Assembly (NCBI GenBank): GCA_010093605.1
Contig: MU004192.1
Coordinates: 1,631,464 to 1,695,463, forward strand
Direction of reading: 5' to 3'
Length of the DNA stretch: 64,000 bases
Source of the DNA: Lophium mytilinum
Taxonomy: Eukaryota
Part shown: piece by piece, positions 38,515 to 49,866 of the stretch
Layout of the letters: the number at the start of each line of letters is the position of its first letter
How positions within the stretch are numbered: the stretch's first letter is position 1
Translations under genes and position numbers: made by a program
Notes under the pieces: model-generated
Seen by the model: only the letters and a program-made list of their open reading frames with translations
Told to the model about the DNA's origin: nothing
Databases searched by the model: none

Positions 38515-39851
38515 TCACCCCCTCTCCACTCCAACCGCTCTCCTCACAGCCCCGACTCCGTAATCGAGATACGTACTCAACCTCCGCTTGTGGCTCTTCG
38601 ATGTCTCAGCCTCTTCCTCGTTCTTGACCGTCTCAACATCGCCCTTTTCCTTCACCACCTCTTTCTCACTTTCCTTCAACCAAGCCGACTCCAAAACCTC
38701 CTGCGCCGTCGGTCTACTGGTAGGATCCGGATCCATAACCCACTTTAGAAACGCCACATCATCCTCCTGCACGCCCTTTTCTTTTAGGAAATGCCACTGC
38801 CGACCAGTCGGGTGCTCGCGATCTCTCGCTGGCAAAGTGCAATCAGCGTAGTACGGTATCGACGTTAAGTCGTAGTCGTTAGCCAGCGCATAGCGGATCG
38901 ATTGCTCCTGCTGAGAACGGAGACCGTGGCCGCTATAGAGGTCGTCGTAGAGGCCGCGGTCGGTGAAGTTGGTGCCGTTGGGCGATGGGGTCGGGGGATT
39001 GGAAATCGAAGTCGCGCTGTCGGTGCTGTTTGAGGTTTGCAGTGACGGCGGCGCGTTCGAAGGCGGCGGCGCGAGATGCGTGTTTGCTGGAGCTGAAACG
39101 AGGACGGGCGCGGGCATATTCGACCGCGCTTCGAGGAGATGGCACACTAGTAGTCCCCAGGACCAGATATCCGCGGCGGGGGTGATGCTGTGCTTGAAGT
39201 AGACTTCCGGCGCGCGGTATGTCAAAGGCTGGACAACGCCTTGAGTGGGTGGCATCACGATCCCTAGATCGCCGAGCTTGGTGACGAGGGTGTCTCCGTC
39301 TTTATCTTCACTCAAGGGATTGAAGCCGCTGACGAGGATGTTTTCCATCTTAAGGTCTGGATACTGTTAGCTTTGCGAAAATTTCATGTGCTTGGGGTAG
39401 AAGGAGAACCCATACCCGCATAAACCAGTCCTTTCTCATGCACACACACTAGCCCTTCAAGCGTATCCCGCATGATGCTCTTAATCTCACGCACGCTCAA
39501 CGGCCGCTTCGCACGCGCATCCCACACGGTCCCTTCCAGGATCTCGAGCACGATACGGGGTGGCTCGCCGTATTTCGAGGGTGGTATTTGGTCCACTTTT
39601 TGCCGGATCGCTGGGTCGTCTTTGAATAGCTCTTGCATTACCATCTCTTGCTGGAAATTGGGCCATGATGCGGCGGCGGAATCGTCCGATGCGGGTTGCT
39701 TGATGATGAAGACGGATGATTGCGTCTCGCTGTCAACGGCAGTCCAAACGTTTGGTTGGCCGAGGGGAGCCACGAGGAGGTAGTCTTTGTTGGAGTCGCC
39801 AGTGAGGGTTTGGCCTGCGTGAAGCTGATGAGATTGAGACATAGTTGACAT
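38515..39851 (-). CDS. Atypical Ser/Thr protein kinase; exons 39851-39416, 39356-38515
   Basis: FIIK (VAIK lysine), spliced catalytic loop VYA-DLKMEN, KLGDLG, QPLTYRAPE, DIWSWG, DPTSRPTA. Canonical intron 39415-39357. Confidence 0.85.
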
Positions 39852-40842
39852 TATTGAGATTGGAATACGAAATATGGGGTATAACGAAGTAGATGCAGAT
39901 TTATGAAACGCAGAGGGATAGTGAGATGTAAGACGCAAGAATCAGACGGGTGGACGTATTCACAACAGTTCCCCATAGTTATCATGCAGGGCCGTTTTGC
40001 CGGACATGAAGGCGGTTGGCTCTAGTAAAACCGGGATGAGGAGCGTCCCTGATTTAGATGTGGCGCAGTCATGTGTTTGGTTGGCCTGGGGATTCTTTGT
40101 CCTTGCTTTAGTCGGCCCGATAGCCTCCTCACTCCACTGATTCGTCCGGTGTGCCTCTCCGTAGTGCCTTCATTATGCCTGTGGCGCAGTTCGTCCGCGT
40201 GGTCGTTTCAGGGCTGATGATCGCGCGTCATACCAAGCCGTTGGAATCTGCTAAGCCGATCGATGTGACGAGCTCCACAAAACCTGCCTAGGCGAAGGAT
40301 GACAGGTCAGTGCTCAATGAGCAGAAAATAGAACAATCTCGGAATGAAATTGTATTTCCCTGTTGATAGCGTGACGTCCTCCTTTCATGAGTAAAATCTA
40401 GTAGTTGTAAGTAGAAGTGATGATGAGATATTCAAAGAAAAGCAAGTAACACTTTAGGGCATTATTCGAAGTGTGATTCATTTACTTCTTTGTGCCTCCC
40501 TCTTACCTTTCATCGCCCGATCTATTTCTGAACCTCCTCTTGCTCTTTCATCAAAGTATGTCGTCCATCATAATGCTGAATAGTTGAGTAGTTGTAGGGT
40601 GGAAGGGACGGTCAGTGCATTTTGCTTGGGAGAGGAAACGCGTGAAAGAAAGGCAGAAGATTTGAAGTGGCCAGCGTGCGTGCAATCAGCCAAACAGGCA
40701 GAATCTAGCTGCTGACGATGCTCAGTGATGCAAGAAGGGAAGTTGTGATAATGCGGAAGTAAGTTCGTAGACAATCTGAAAAGGGGAATAATCTATTTCC
40801 CCGATATCAGTACGAAACCTCAGCTTCTATGAATACCTACCT

Positions 40843-41905
40843 TCATCCCCACATCCTCGCCCCTTTCAAATACAGCCTCTCCAACTCATTCGCCGCTGTC
40901 ACGTTGCTTGCTTTCAGCTTCAACCACCGCTGCTGCTTCTCCACCCCATACACCCACTCATTAGACACATTTGGGTACACATAATTACGCCCTCCGGCCC
41001 CCTCGTACTCAAACAGCGTCCCCAGTCCCTGACACGCATACAACACAGCAAACGGGTCCCATGTCGCGCGCGAAGTATTATACCCAATATGCCATCGGTA
41101 CGCCGCCGCCACCGGGTCCGTAGCCGGGCCCTCTCGTGTCAACGCAGCGCCGGCGGTGACGTTGAGCTCAGCGCCGGAGAAAGTCATGGGGCCAGGCCAG
41201 GTGTTGACAACTAGTGCAGTGGATAGCGGGTTGAACGAATAGAAGTTGTATTCGGAGCCGGAAGGGTATTGGCCGCCCACTATGACGAGCTTGGAGACTT
41301 TGGCACGCATGAGGGCCGGCCCGGGAAGTGGGGAGTGGGCGTCCGCGGTAGAGTTGAGGAGGCCGGATAACTAGGCAGAGGAATGTTAGCTCCGTCGATA
41401 GAGATGGAAGGTGTAGCGTACGTTGTCGAAGAAGCCGATGCTGGCAATCGTGACGCTACCAATCCTTTGTGCCGCTAGTGTTTTGCGATACAATGCCACT
41501 GAATCCCACGCCTCGGTCGCGTTGCCCCATAATAATGATAGTGGTATGCCACTTTGCTCGCAAATTCCCCACGCTCGTACAGCCAGTCGTCGAAGAATGA
41601 CTCGTTTGTGATGGGGCGAAGGAGCCCGACTGGGACATCGGTGTGGCCATAATGACTGATGATGGCAGAGATAGCGAGTGCGGAGTAGGAGGATTGCGTG
41701 TTGACGTTGACGGCGAGGAGGTTGACGTTGGGGAGAGTCGAGACGAGAAGGTTTACAGGTGCAGCAATGCAGGAATGCCGTACTAAATTGCGCTGAACAT
41801 GTCAGCACCAATGATCAACTGCGTCGTCCTGTGGTGCACTCCAGTTGCGTTGGCAAGCAGCAGCGTGCTGCCAACGAGGATGGTTCTGAGGAGTCTGTGA
41901 AGCAT
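40843..41905 (-). pseudogene. Secreted inosine/uridine-preferring nucleoside hydrolase-like pseudogene
   Basis: Signal-like MLHRLLRTILVGSTLLLANA, degenerate LIIGADMFS (normally an Asp-rich DTD..D.DD motif), NLLAVNVN, TIASIGFFDN, LVIVGG..EYNF, TWDP. Stop or lost splice acceptor near 41780 and a frameshift near 41540. Confidence 0.75.
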
Positions 41906-42384
41906 GCTGCGACAGTCTCGGGCTCAGCCCATAGGCGTGGAAAGGTAACGGCATTGTGGCCGCCCCGGATATATACGTTCACCCCATCTTCTGGTCGTGA
42001 TTAGAGAGTGGGGAGAATGATCGCTGTCATGGAGTTGAGATAGACGTTGCTCTCCGGCTACTGCGGGGTCCGAGCTGTCCTGTGCTCATTCTTATTTGGC
42101 TTGAGAATGTGCGATACCGATTGAGATTAGAGATCTATTTCACTAAGATATTGATGGGGATAACTTGGTATTGTGAATTATAATCATATTAAATAAAAAA
42201 TACAAGATCCCCAGTCATCTGTTCCTTAGCATCGTTAAGACACTGGACATAATCATGATGACGGGACTGCCCGTTGTCCGTAGACCTGAACTAGGTCGAC
42301 ATAAGCCCTAGAATACCTCAAACGCCCAACTGTCACCCAATGAAGGTGATGAAAGACTTGCACTCGATGAGACCTCAACACCGC

Positions 42385-43059
42385 TCAAGCAGCAACCTCG
42401 ACAACCCCCATCCTCTTCCCACCCATCTCCACATTTCCCTCAAGCGGTAACTCCCAGAAGTTTTTGACGACCGGTGCATCGTCCCTTTTACCATGACACG
42501 GACAGCCGCTTACGTCGTTGTATAGTTGGGCCATTTCTTCGTTTCCCTTCTCCCCCGTGACCTTCTTTAGCACTTCCTGATCCGGATCGTTGAAGACAGG
42601 TTGCAGCAGATCATCCAAATCCTCATCTGATGACGAACTATCATCATCCGAGGGAACTAGTGCGGGTTCCTGTGGCGGCCTCGCACTTCCAGACGGGAAT
42701 CGCATCAATCCAAGCCCATCGTCGTCGTCGTCTTCCTCAACAGCTTCGTCCTCCGAGCTACTCTCGTCGATCCGTTGCGGCGGTGGTGACCTTCGTGCCC
42801 TCTTCTCTGCAGCCAGAGGCGATGGCTTGTGATGTGCTGATTTGACCCCGCCCGCACCTTTGAACTTAACATCGGAGGAGTGGTCACCCTTCTCGATTCC
42901 TTCTTCGATCTCAACCAGGCGTAGCATGAGATTGTCGAGCACGACGGCGTGGCCGAGCACAAAGCGCCAGTCGCGGTCTTTGCGGTCGGGTCGATTGATG
43001 GCCATGTGGAGCTTGCATTGCGCTGTGTGCGCGAGCGTGGTGGTTTCCCTCAGGGACAT
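42385..43059 (-). CDS. Small acidic protein with Ecm13-like N-terminal motif
   Basis: TLAHTAQCKL...DWRFVLGHAVVLDNL resembles the Ecm13-type motif LAHxAxxKL...LRxLVGHANxLD; followed by Asp/Glu/Ser-rich tracts. Confidence 0.7.
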   Translation of the reverse strand: MSLRETTTLAHTAQCKLHMAINRPDRKDRDWRFVLGHAVVLDNLMLRLVEIEEGIEKGDHSSDVKFKGAGGVKSAHHKPSPLAAEKRARRSPPPQRIDESSSEDEAVEEDDDDDGLGLMRFPSGSARPPQEPALVPSDDDSSSSDEDLDDLLQPVFNDPDQEVLKKVTGEKGNEEMAQLYNDVSGCPCHGKRDDAPVVKNFWELPLEGNVEMGGKRMGVVEVAA

Positions 43060-44344
43060 GGTGGTGAGGTGAGATTTGATTCTGAGTGTGTGTGTTGACT
43101 GAGTGTAATAGAATGGTTATGTCTGAGTGATAGAATTCAGTTGGAGTACTGAGAGGGGTGTTTAGTAGGTTGTTGAGACTGCAGGTTTCGGCGTAGTGGT
43201 GATGATAGGGCTCGATTTCTTAGTTCGGAGTCAGAAGTTCGATTGATGACTATTCAACCCGGATTCTAAAAGGCACCTGGGCCAAGAGTGTGGTAAAGAA
43301 AGATTGATTAACAATCACGCTTAGGCAGCACTCCGCCAGTCCCGCAGAATTCGATTTGGCTTCTGTGGGCGACGGGCAATGTGAGGTCAGCGTCGCAGGT
43401 AGGTTGTTGAGATCGAGATGGATGCAGTGAGAGGCTCGGCGATGCATTGATGCAGATGCACCATCAGTGGGGTAGTCACGTGATCCTGATCATGATCGAT
43501 GAACACCTTGAATCTCGGTTTTGGTAGTGTATAACAGGTTCTATGTATGTGTCTGCCCAGACTTCATCAGATTCCTTGTGCTTGCAGGGTCTAGAACCCT
43601 GCTAAAGATCACGTGACCAACTCCCTCCCTCCATTCTCTCATTCTCGTCTTCCATCTCTCAACCATCACGGCTTTCTCGATATAGCATAATCAGCAATAC
43701 GCCGTATCTACCTCACACCGTAAGCCGTTGATACTGAGCCTTTGCTCGCTCGCACTGTGCGATACCCGTCGCAGCTCCGCAGCCTACAGCCTCGTTGATC
43801 TCAGTACATTTTGCGCTCGCCAATTATTCTACATCCCTTCTGGCGGCGAATGTTAGGCGTTTCTCTCAGAAAACATGGCGCGCCTCTAGAAAGAGATGGA
43901 ACACTGCGGTCTTACTTCATGCTCCCAATGCATCTGCCTTACGATCGTCAATTTGGGTGTCCAATGATTCTCGAGATTTCGATTCTCGACAGCCTTACGA
44001 TTGATTGGATTTCCAGCCTGGTCCCCGGGAGCACTGTAGTCGCCTCCGGTGAGGGTATGCAGCCAAGATATGCAGCCCCTCAGATTTGACTGCGCCACAG
44101 CGCTTCCAATGTCTGAACTTATCCCGCCTTCTCCATAACGAAGCCGATATCAGTCACACATACCCATCAACGAGTTCCCTCTACTGAGCTCAGAGCGCCT
44201 TTCTTCCGTACTTTCAGTATCTTTCAAAGTGTCCCGCACTATCCCTTCCTCGTGGAAGTGTGCGCGGGATAATAAAGCCCGCTTCAGCCTGGTGGAGATA
44301 ACTCTTCTCGCGAAGATAGCTCTTCTGACGAAGAGATCGACAAA

Positions 44345-47300
44345 ATGGCCAATCGGCTGAGCTCTTTTGACGAGTCTCTTCGAAGTCCAGCGCCCGACGA
44401 CAAAGACTTCCCGGAAATCCCAGAGGAGATTCATAGAAACCCCAAACCCGAGCTGCCTAATAGCAGAATCAAACGTAACCCGCGTCCGGCATCGAAAACG
44501 CCTAAACTTCGAGAACCAAGTTCTCTGTCGGCTCGCTACAGTGACCTTCGTCGTGATAGTCCTAGTGAACCAGCAGATGAGTCGTCGAGCCATTCAACAC
44601 GAGGGCGCCTTGATCGAAAACCAACGAACAAAATAGAGTCCGCTCCTCGTGCTGTGGATCTTAACGAATCGGCATTAAACCGGTACACCCCTGTAGATCC
44701 ACACCAGCTGCGCGACTCTCCTCTGTTTCGACAACCAGATGGTCTCCCTTCCTTTGAACAATGGAAGAAGCCACGGCCCGCTAGGGACTGTGCATTATGT
44801 GGAGAACTTCATCTTACAGGGGATCTTCCGTCTCTTACGAACTGTAACCATCATCCAAAAGTGTGCAGAGATTGCTACTGTGTCTGGCTTGAGTCGGAAT
44901 TGAATTCAAAAGGCTGGAGGCAAATCAAATGTCCAGAAGTAGGTTGCAAAGAGTTTCTGAATCACGCGGAGATGCAGCAATATGCCTCACCGGAAGTTTT
45001 TGCACGATTCGACGCTCTCTCTATCCTTGATTCTGTACAGGACAATCGTAACATCCGATGGTGTCGCAATCCTGATTGCAAATCGGGCCAAAAAATTGAA
45101 CCAGACGCCTGTAGTCACCTGTCCCGGTGCATAGCCTGTGGCTTTGAATCCTACACCTTCCTTGGGGAAGGCCCACACGAAGGGGAAACTTCTAGAGAAT
45201 TTGATCTCAGAACTAGGATAGAAAATGAAAAGTCCCAGACTGCATCTGAAGCGTCAGCATCAGCAATATCTCAAGGTGTGAAGAAATGCCCTGGGCAAAA
45301 CTGTGGCTGGAATGTTGAAAAGCTTGAGGGCGACGATCACATGACTTGTAAGTCTAGCATGCCTCCCTGTGCCTAACCACAGTTTAAACAGAATGCTGAC
45401 GAAGGACGGTATCTTCAAATCTAGGCTCAAAGTGTAGACATGAATTTTGTTGGAACTGTCTAGCTGGCTATCAGGCCATCCGGAACAAAGGCAGCTCAGA
45501 GCATGCCACAAATTGCGCTCACCATCCGAATCAACGGCATGCTATCGACGATGGCGCAGTCGCGAATAGGAAAGCTCCGGCAGAAGCTGAAGTTCAAGAC
45601 ACAGCTAATAAAGCATCGACTAAGATACAACCCAGCACGCTAAAGGTGTGGAAGGAGACCCTAGGTAACCAACCCTCTGAATCACCGCAAAGGCGGAGCA
45701 CTCGTAAGAAAGGCGGCTTCCCTTGTTTGCACTCTGGGTGTGGTAGGGCGTTTGACAGGCTCCGTGATCTTCAGTAAGTTTCTTTATCTTAGATTGCAAA
45801 CTTCCCTACTAACAACTTAGACGTCATACTAAGGTGCACTTCGACAAATCCGAGCGGCCGTACAAGTGTCCGTCCTGCTCCGAGGCCTTTATCTACCCTA
45901 GAGACCTCGAGCGTCACCAGCGCACCCATCGTACCCTGCCTGTCCCACAGCAGAAGATATACTGCCCCGTGAGGGGATGCTCAAACACCAAAGGATTTGG
46001 TCAGGAGGATGTCTTCACACGACACATGCGCAATCAGCACCCCGACGCCGCTGTCGAGATCCAAGCAGAGAAACGTGCGGAAAATCATCATTTGGAAGCA
46101 ATTTCGACGGATTTGTGGGTTTACGATCGTGATTTAGAGGACGATGATTCAGTCTTGTCTGACCGTGGAAGTCAAGGTTCCGCCGTGTCTGCAGTGTCAT
46201 CCGCTACTTCCTTCGGTATCCACCTCCCGGCACTTACTGACCAGTTTGTAAGCGTGGTCCTGAAAGACGCCGGTATGAAGTCACTACTTTTCAGCGGGTT
46301 TGATGCGATGAGTAGAGACCGATTCGAGCGGAATACACGCCGTCTATTAAGGCGTTATGCTCTCAATCTTATCAAATCAGCGTCCAACGAAATCCAGATT
46401 CGAGCTGCGAAGTACATCAGAAATCAGAGTCGTCTGATAGCTAATCGCATTCTATACAACATCACACCCTTAGAGCATGCGAGTTCTAGCACGATGGATG
46501 AGCTTGTGAAAACACAAACGGCACTGCCTACGTTGACCGGTGTTCAGAAATCAGAGCGCTTCCTCGAGCAAGAAGTGCCAACGGAGGAAATGGAAGATCC
46601 AAGCCAGCCATCCAAGGAGCAGGTCCCGGACGGGCACTGGTCTGATTCCGATAACTCTGATGATGACGCCCATTCATCATCACAAGAGACTATTGACATT
46701 CAACCTCTCCTACCGTTCTTGATATACAGCGACCAGTTTGAAATGTTGAGGGAAGAACTGATGAACTTTGTCATTCCGACGCAGCTAGCAAACCATAAGT
46801 TGATGGATTGGAGCTTCCCAGCGCCTCAAAGCGCGATAGAGGTGAGACCAATCGTCCCCCTCTACCGAAGTTACTCGATATCCCATTCGATCCTAACATC
46901 ATGATAGTGCACTCACTGTATGCAGCAAGAACAGCGATGCCGTGGTTTTCCCACGGAAGGAGTAGTGTACGAAACGCTAAAGGCTGCAAAAGCCTTCCTC
47001 AGCTCATGTCCACTGCAAAATCATCTCCATTATCATTGCCTAGCCCTGATAAGTCAGTGTAAGTTCATTCGGATCTCTTTCCTCGACTTATTGGAGTTCG
47101 GAGTTGATAGAGCATAGGTCGTCGATCTCCGCTTCCAAGTGACATTAGCGAAAGTCTGATCGCCGATATCCTAGCAGTGTGTAGCTGTAGCAACCGGACC
47201 GACGTCAAACCGGATCTCATTTTTCAGATACTGAAAGGCGTGGAGCAAGGCGTGGAAAATGAGTCCACCAGAATACTACAAGAGCGCTACCAGCATCCTG

Positions 47301-48700
47301 AGTCCGCAAGCCAGACAAAGGCTGCGACAAACTCACAAACTAGTGCCCACTTGGAAAGACTACTTGAGCTGCAACAGGAAATTCAAAACTTGGTTCAACA
47401 GCCTATAGCAATGGATACAGGGGCGCCCTTGGTCACTAATATCCTTGAGGCCTACCACGAAAGCGAACTTTTCAGCCACACATCAATTAGTCCATCATCT
47501 AAGGGACTTTCCATTGATGCGACACCCTCACGATGCAAACCACAACAGGCTTTCGGAGCGCCGACGGGCTACTGGCAAATGATCGCGAAAGGCTGGAGTA
47601 AGATAAGAAGGCCGCGAGTGCCTTCAGGGATGAAGAGAATCGAGTGGACCTGTGTAAGTCAAGCCAAAAAAAAAGCGCAAAGGCTTTGGAAGCTTACAGT
47701 GCCAGGACTGCGGCCATGAGCTTTACGGTGACTTTAACGACTCGGATCCAAACGCGCTCAAGAGCTTGGAAGCTGCTCTGCAGAACTGTGACCCCGAATC
47801 GCAAAGCAACACGTCTCTAAATTCCGACTCTGGCAGCCTAGCTAGCACATCAAGTAATCCAACAACGTCGACAAACGCTGCAAGCGGTGGAGTTTCAAAT
47901 AGCCATGTTCCTACAAACCAACCATCGACTTCCCAAGTACAGAAACCCGGGGAATCGCTGGCGGAAGAAGCCCAAGCTGCCTTGCCGAGATATCTTGCAA
48001 TCTGCGTCAACACTGGAGGCATTTACGTGACTCTGTCTGAGATTTCTGTACCAAGAAACACTTCCGATGCCGCTCTATTTGATATGATCAAAATATCATA
48101 CCAGAAGCTCCGTGGGTTCCGCATCCGCTTTGCGTTTCTCTTGAGACCTATAGGCGTGGAATTCGTTTATGTAAGATGCCCTCAGAAAACGAAGCTACTC
48201 AACATAATCCGTCTACGTGGGTTGCTGACCACTGATAATAGTTCACCCTCTGGAACCTTCGCAAAGGCTACGTCTCCATCTGTGACCGACCTCGATGCGT
48301 CCCACCGGAGAGCCTCTCCGACTACGAGTTCCTCCCGCGTCCGATCGTCCCGCTCCCCCCAATGCCATCTGAAGTCTTCATCCACTACCTTCAACATGGC
48401 GATGGGGACCTCAATCCGGTTCGCAGTATCTGGGCACCTCGTCTCCCGAAGCGGCTGCACAGCCCGATCGTCAACGCTGACATGCCAAGTTACGGATGGG
48501 GAATTCACATTGTTGAAGGGACGAACCGGGTGCTTGTCTTTTGGATCTTCATGTTCACAATCTTCGCTAGTATCCTAACGACTGTACTCTGGTCTTCGTT
48601 CAAGCACGATGTTCAGGGCGGGTCGGGTCTTGGGTCGTTGATCGTGGCGCTGCCGTCCGTCGTATTGATGGCGTGGCTGTTCAGACTTGGTGCAACATAG
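44345..48700 (+). CDS. Predicted 1327-aa fusion: RING-IBR-RING (RBR) + three C2H2 zinc fingers + uncharacterised fungal domain with two C-terminal TM helices; exons 44345-45347, 45425-45773, 45821-46841, 46908-47058, 47118-47653, 47706-48170, 48242-48700
   Basis: RING1 CALC..CNH..CRDC..CPEVGC; degenerate IBR WCRNPDC..CIAC; RING2 CPGQNC..HMTC-SKCRHEFCWNC; C2H2 fingers CLHSGC..H..H, CPSC..H..H, CPVRGC..H..H. All six GT-AG introns give one continuous frame. Confidence 0.75.
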
Positions 48701-49866
48701 TCGCGTAGAATCGGGGAAGCCTTCCCTACCCGCTCTAGGCATTAAATACGCTGAAACACCTCCGATAGCGCCCAGACGGTGGGCGCGGATGTAGTAGCGG
48801 CCACATCAGACACATCACGTGTGAAATTCCGAACCATGATTTGAAGCACTCCCGACACTATTCCCCGCATGGATACATCCCTCTAGGTCTGCCTTTGAGA
48901 TCGGTTCCTAAGCCATTGAATGACATGACGCCCAATGGAGTCGCGACCGGCCAAGCACACGTGACGGCTGGATCATGCTGATCGAACCATCTTAGACTAA
49001 CCTTTCAAGGTTTTTTTGTGACACTCATCATTTTTCCAACTCCATCAACAAGAAGACCGCATTTCGACAACCATCGTCCCCAACCCGTTCAGAGCCATGC
49101 GGCATCGGCCATCTAAGCCTTGTCAACGTACATTCGACCTATGGAGGCTACCCTATTCCTAGCGAAGACGAAGCCTTGTTGTGCCTCGTGGAGGCTGCCA
49201 CCCCGCTAAAAATAAGTCGTCTCAAAGCATCTGCGTGCATTTCAGCGTGTTCTACCAGGCTAGCGCCAGCAACTTCATTCGCTGGCTACCCGCCCCCTCG
49301 CCGTCCCGACATCTCAGCTGCGGCCCGTTCCTCTACGCTTTTGGGTTTAGGGGATCGCTTACTCCGCCAAGGGGTGCTCAAGCATCATTCTTCAGCGTAT
49401 CATGTCTTCGCTAGCAACTTCATTTGTGGGCCGCCCGACTGTGCCACCCCAGCCTTCCCGAAGTCTCAGCTCCAGGCCACGGCCCGCGCGGATTCGCTTT
49501 TGAGTTTATCGAGGAGATCGACTAGCGTGCCGAGGGGGGCTACGCAGTTGACCAAAAGGACGCGGTACAGCCTCTCATCACGCCCGGCAGTTTAGCGCTA
49601 CGCTGAGTTGATACTAGTCTACTTCTTTTCTGGTGAAATAGTCAGCCGGCTTGAAGATTGATTGGCTTGTGGGTCGCTGTTCCTCTAAAGGCGTCCGGTG
49701 TTGCTGCCTTTTACGGTAAGTCTGTTGCTTGATTGCAGAGGGTGACCACCAGACAGGAAGAGAGGCTGAAACTTTGCGTGCAGTACAGATAAGGCAGCCT
49801 CGTCCCCTTCAACTGTAGCTTCTCGACTTCTCCCGGCACTCTTCCTTTAATCAAACTTTCGTCAAT

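Noticed and set aside
43480..43620. Two TCACGTGA (E-box) sites between the Ecm13-like and RBR genes
   Set aside because: CACGTG is common across this window; no evidence of function.
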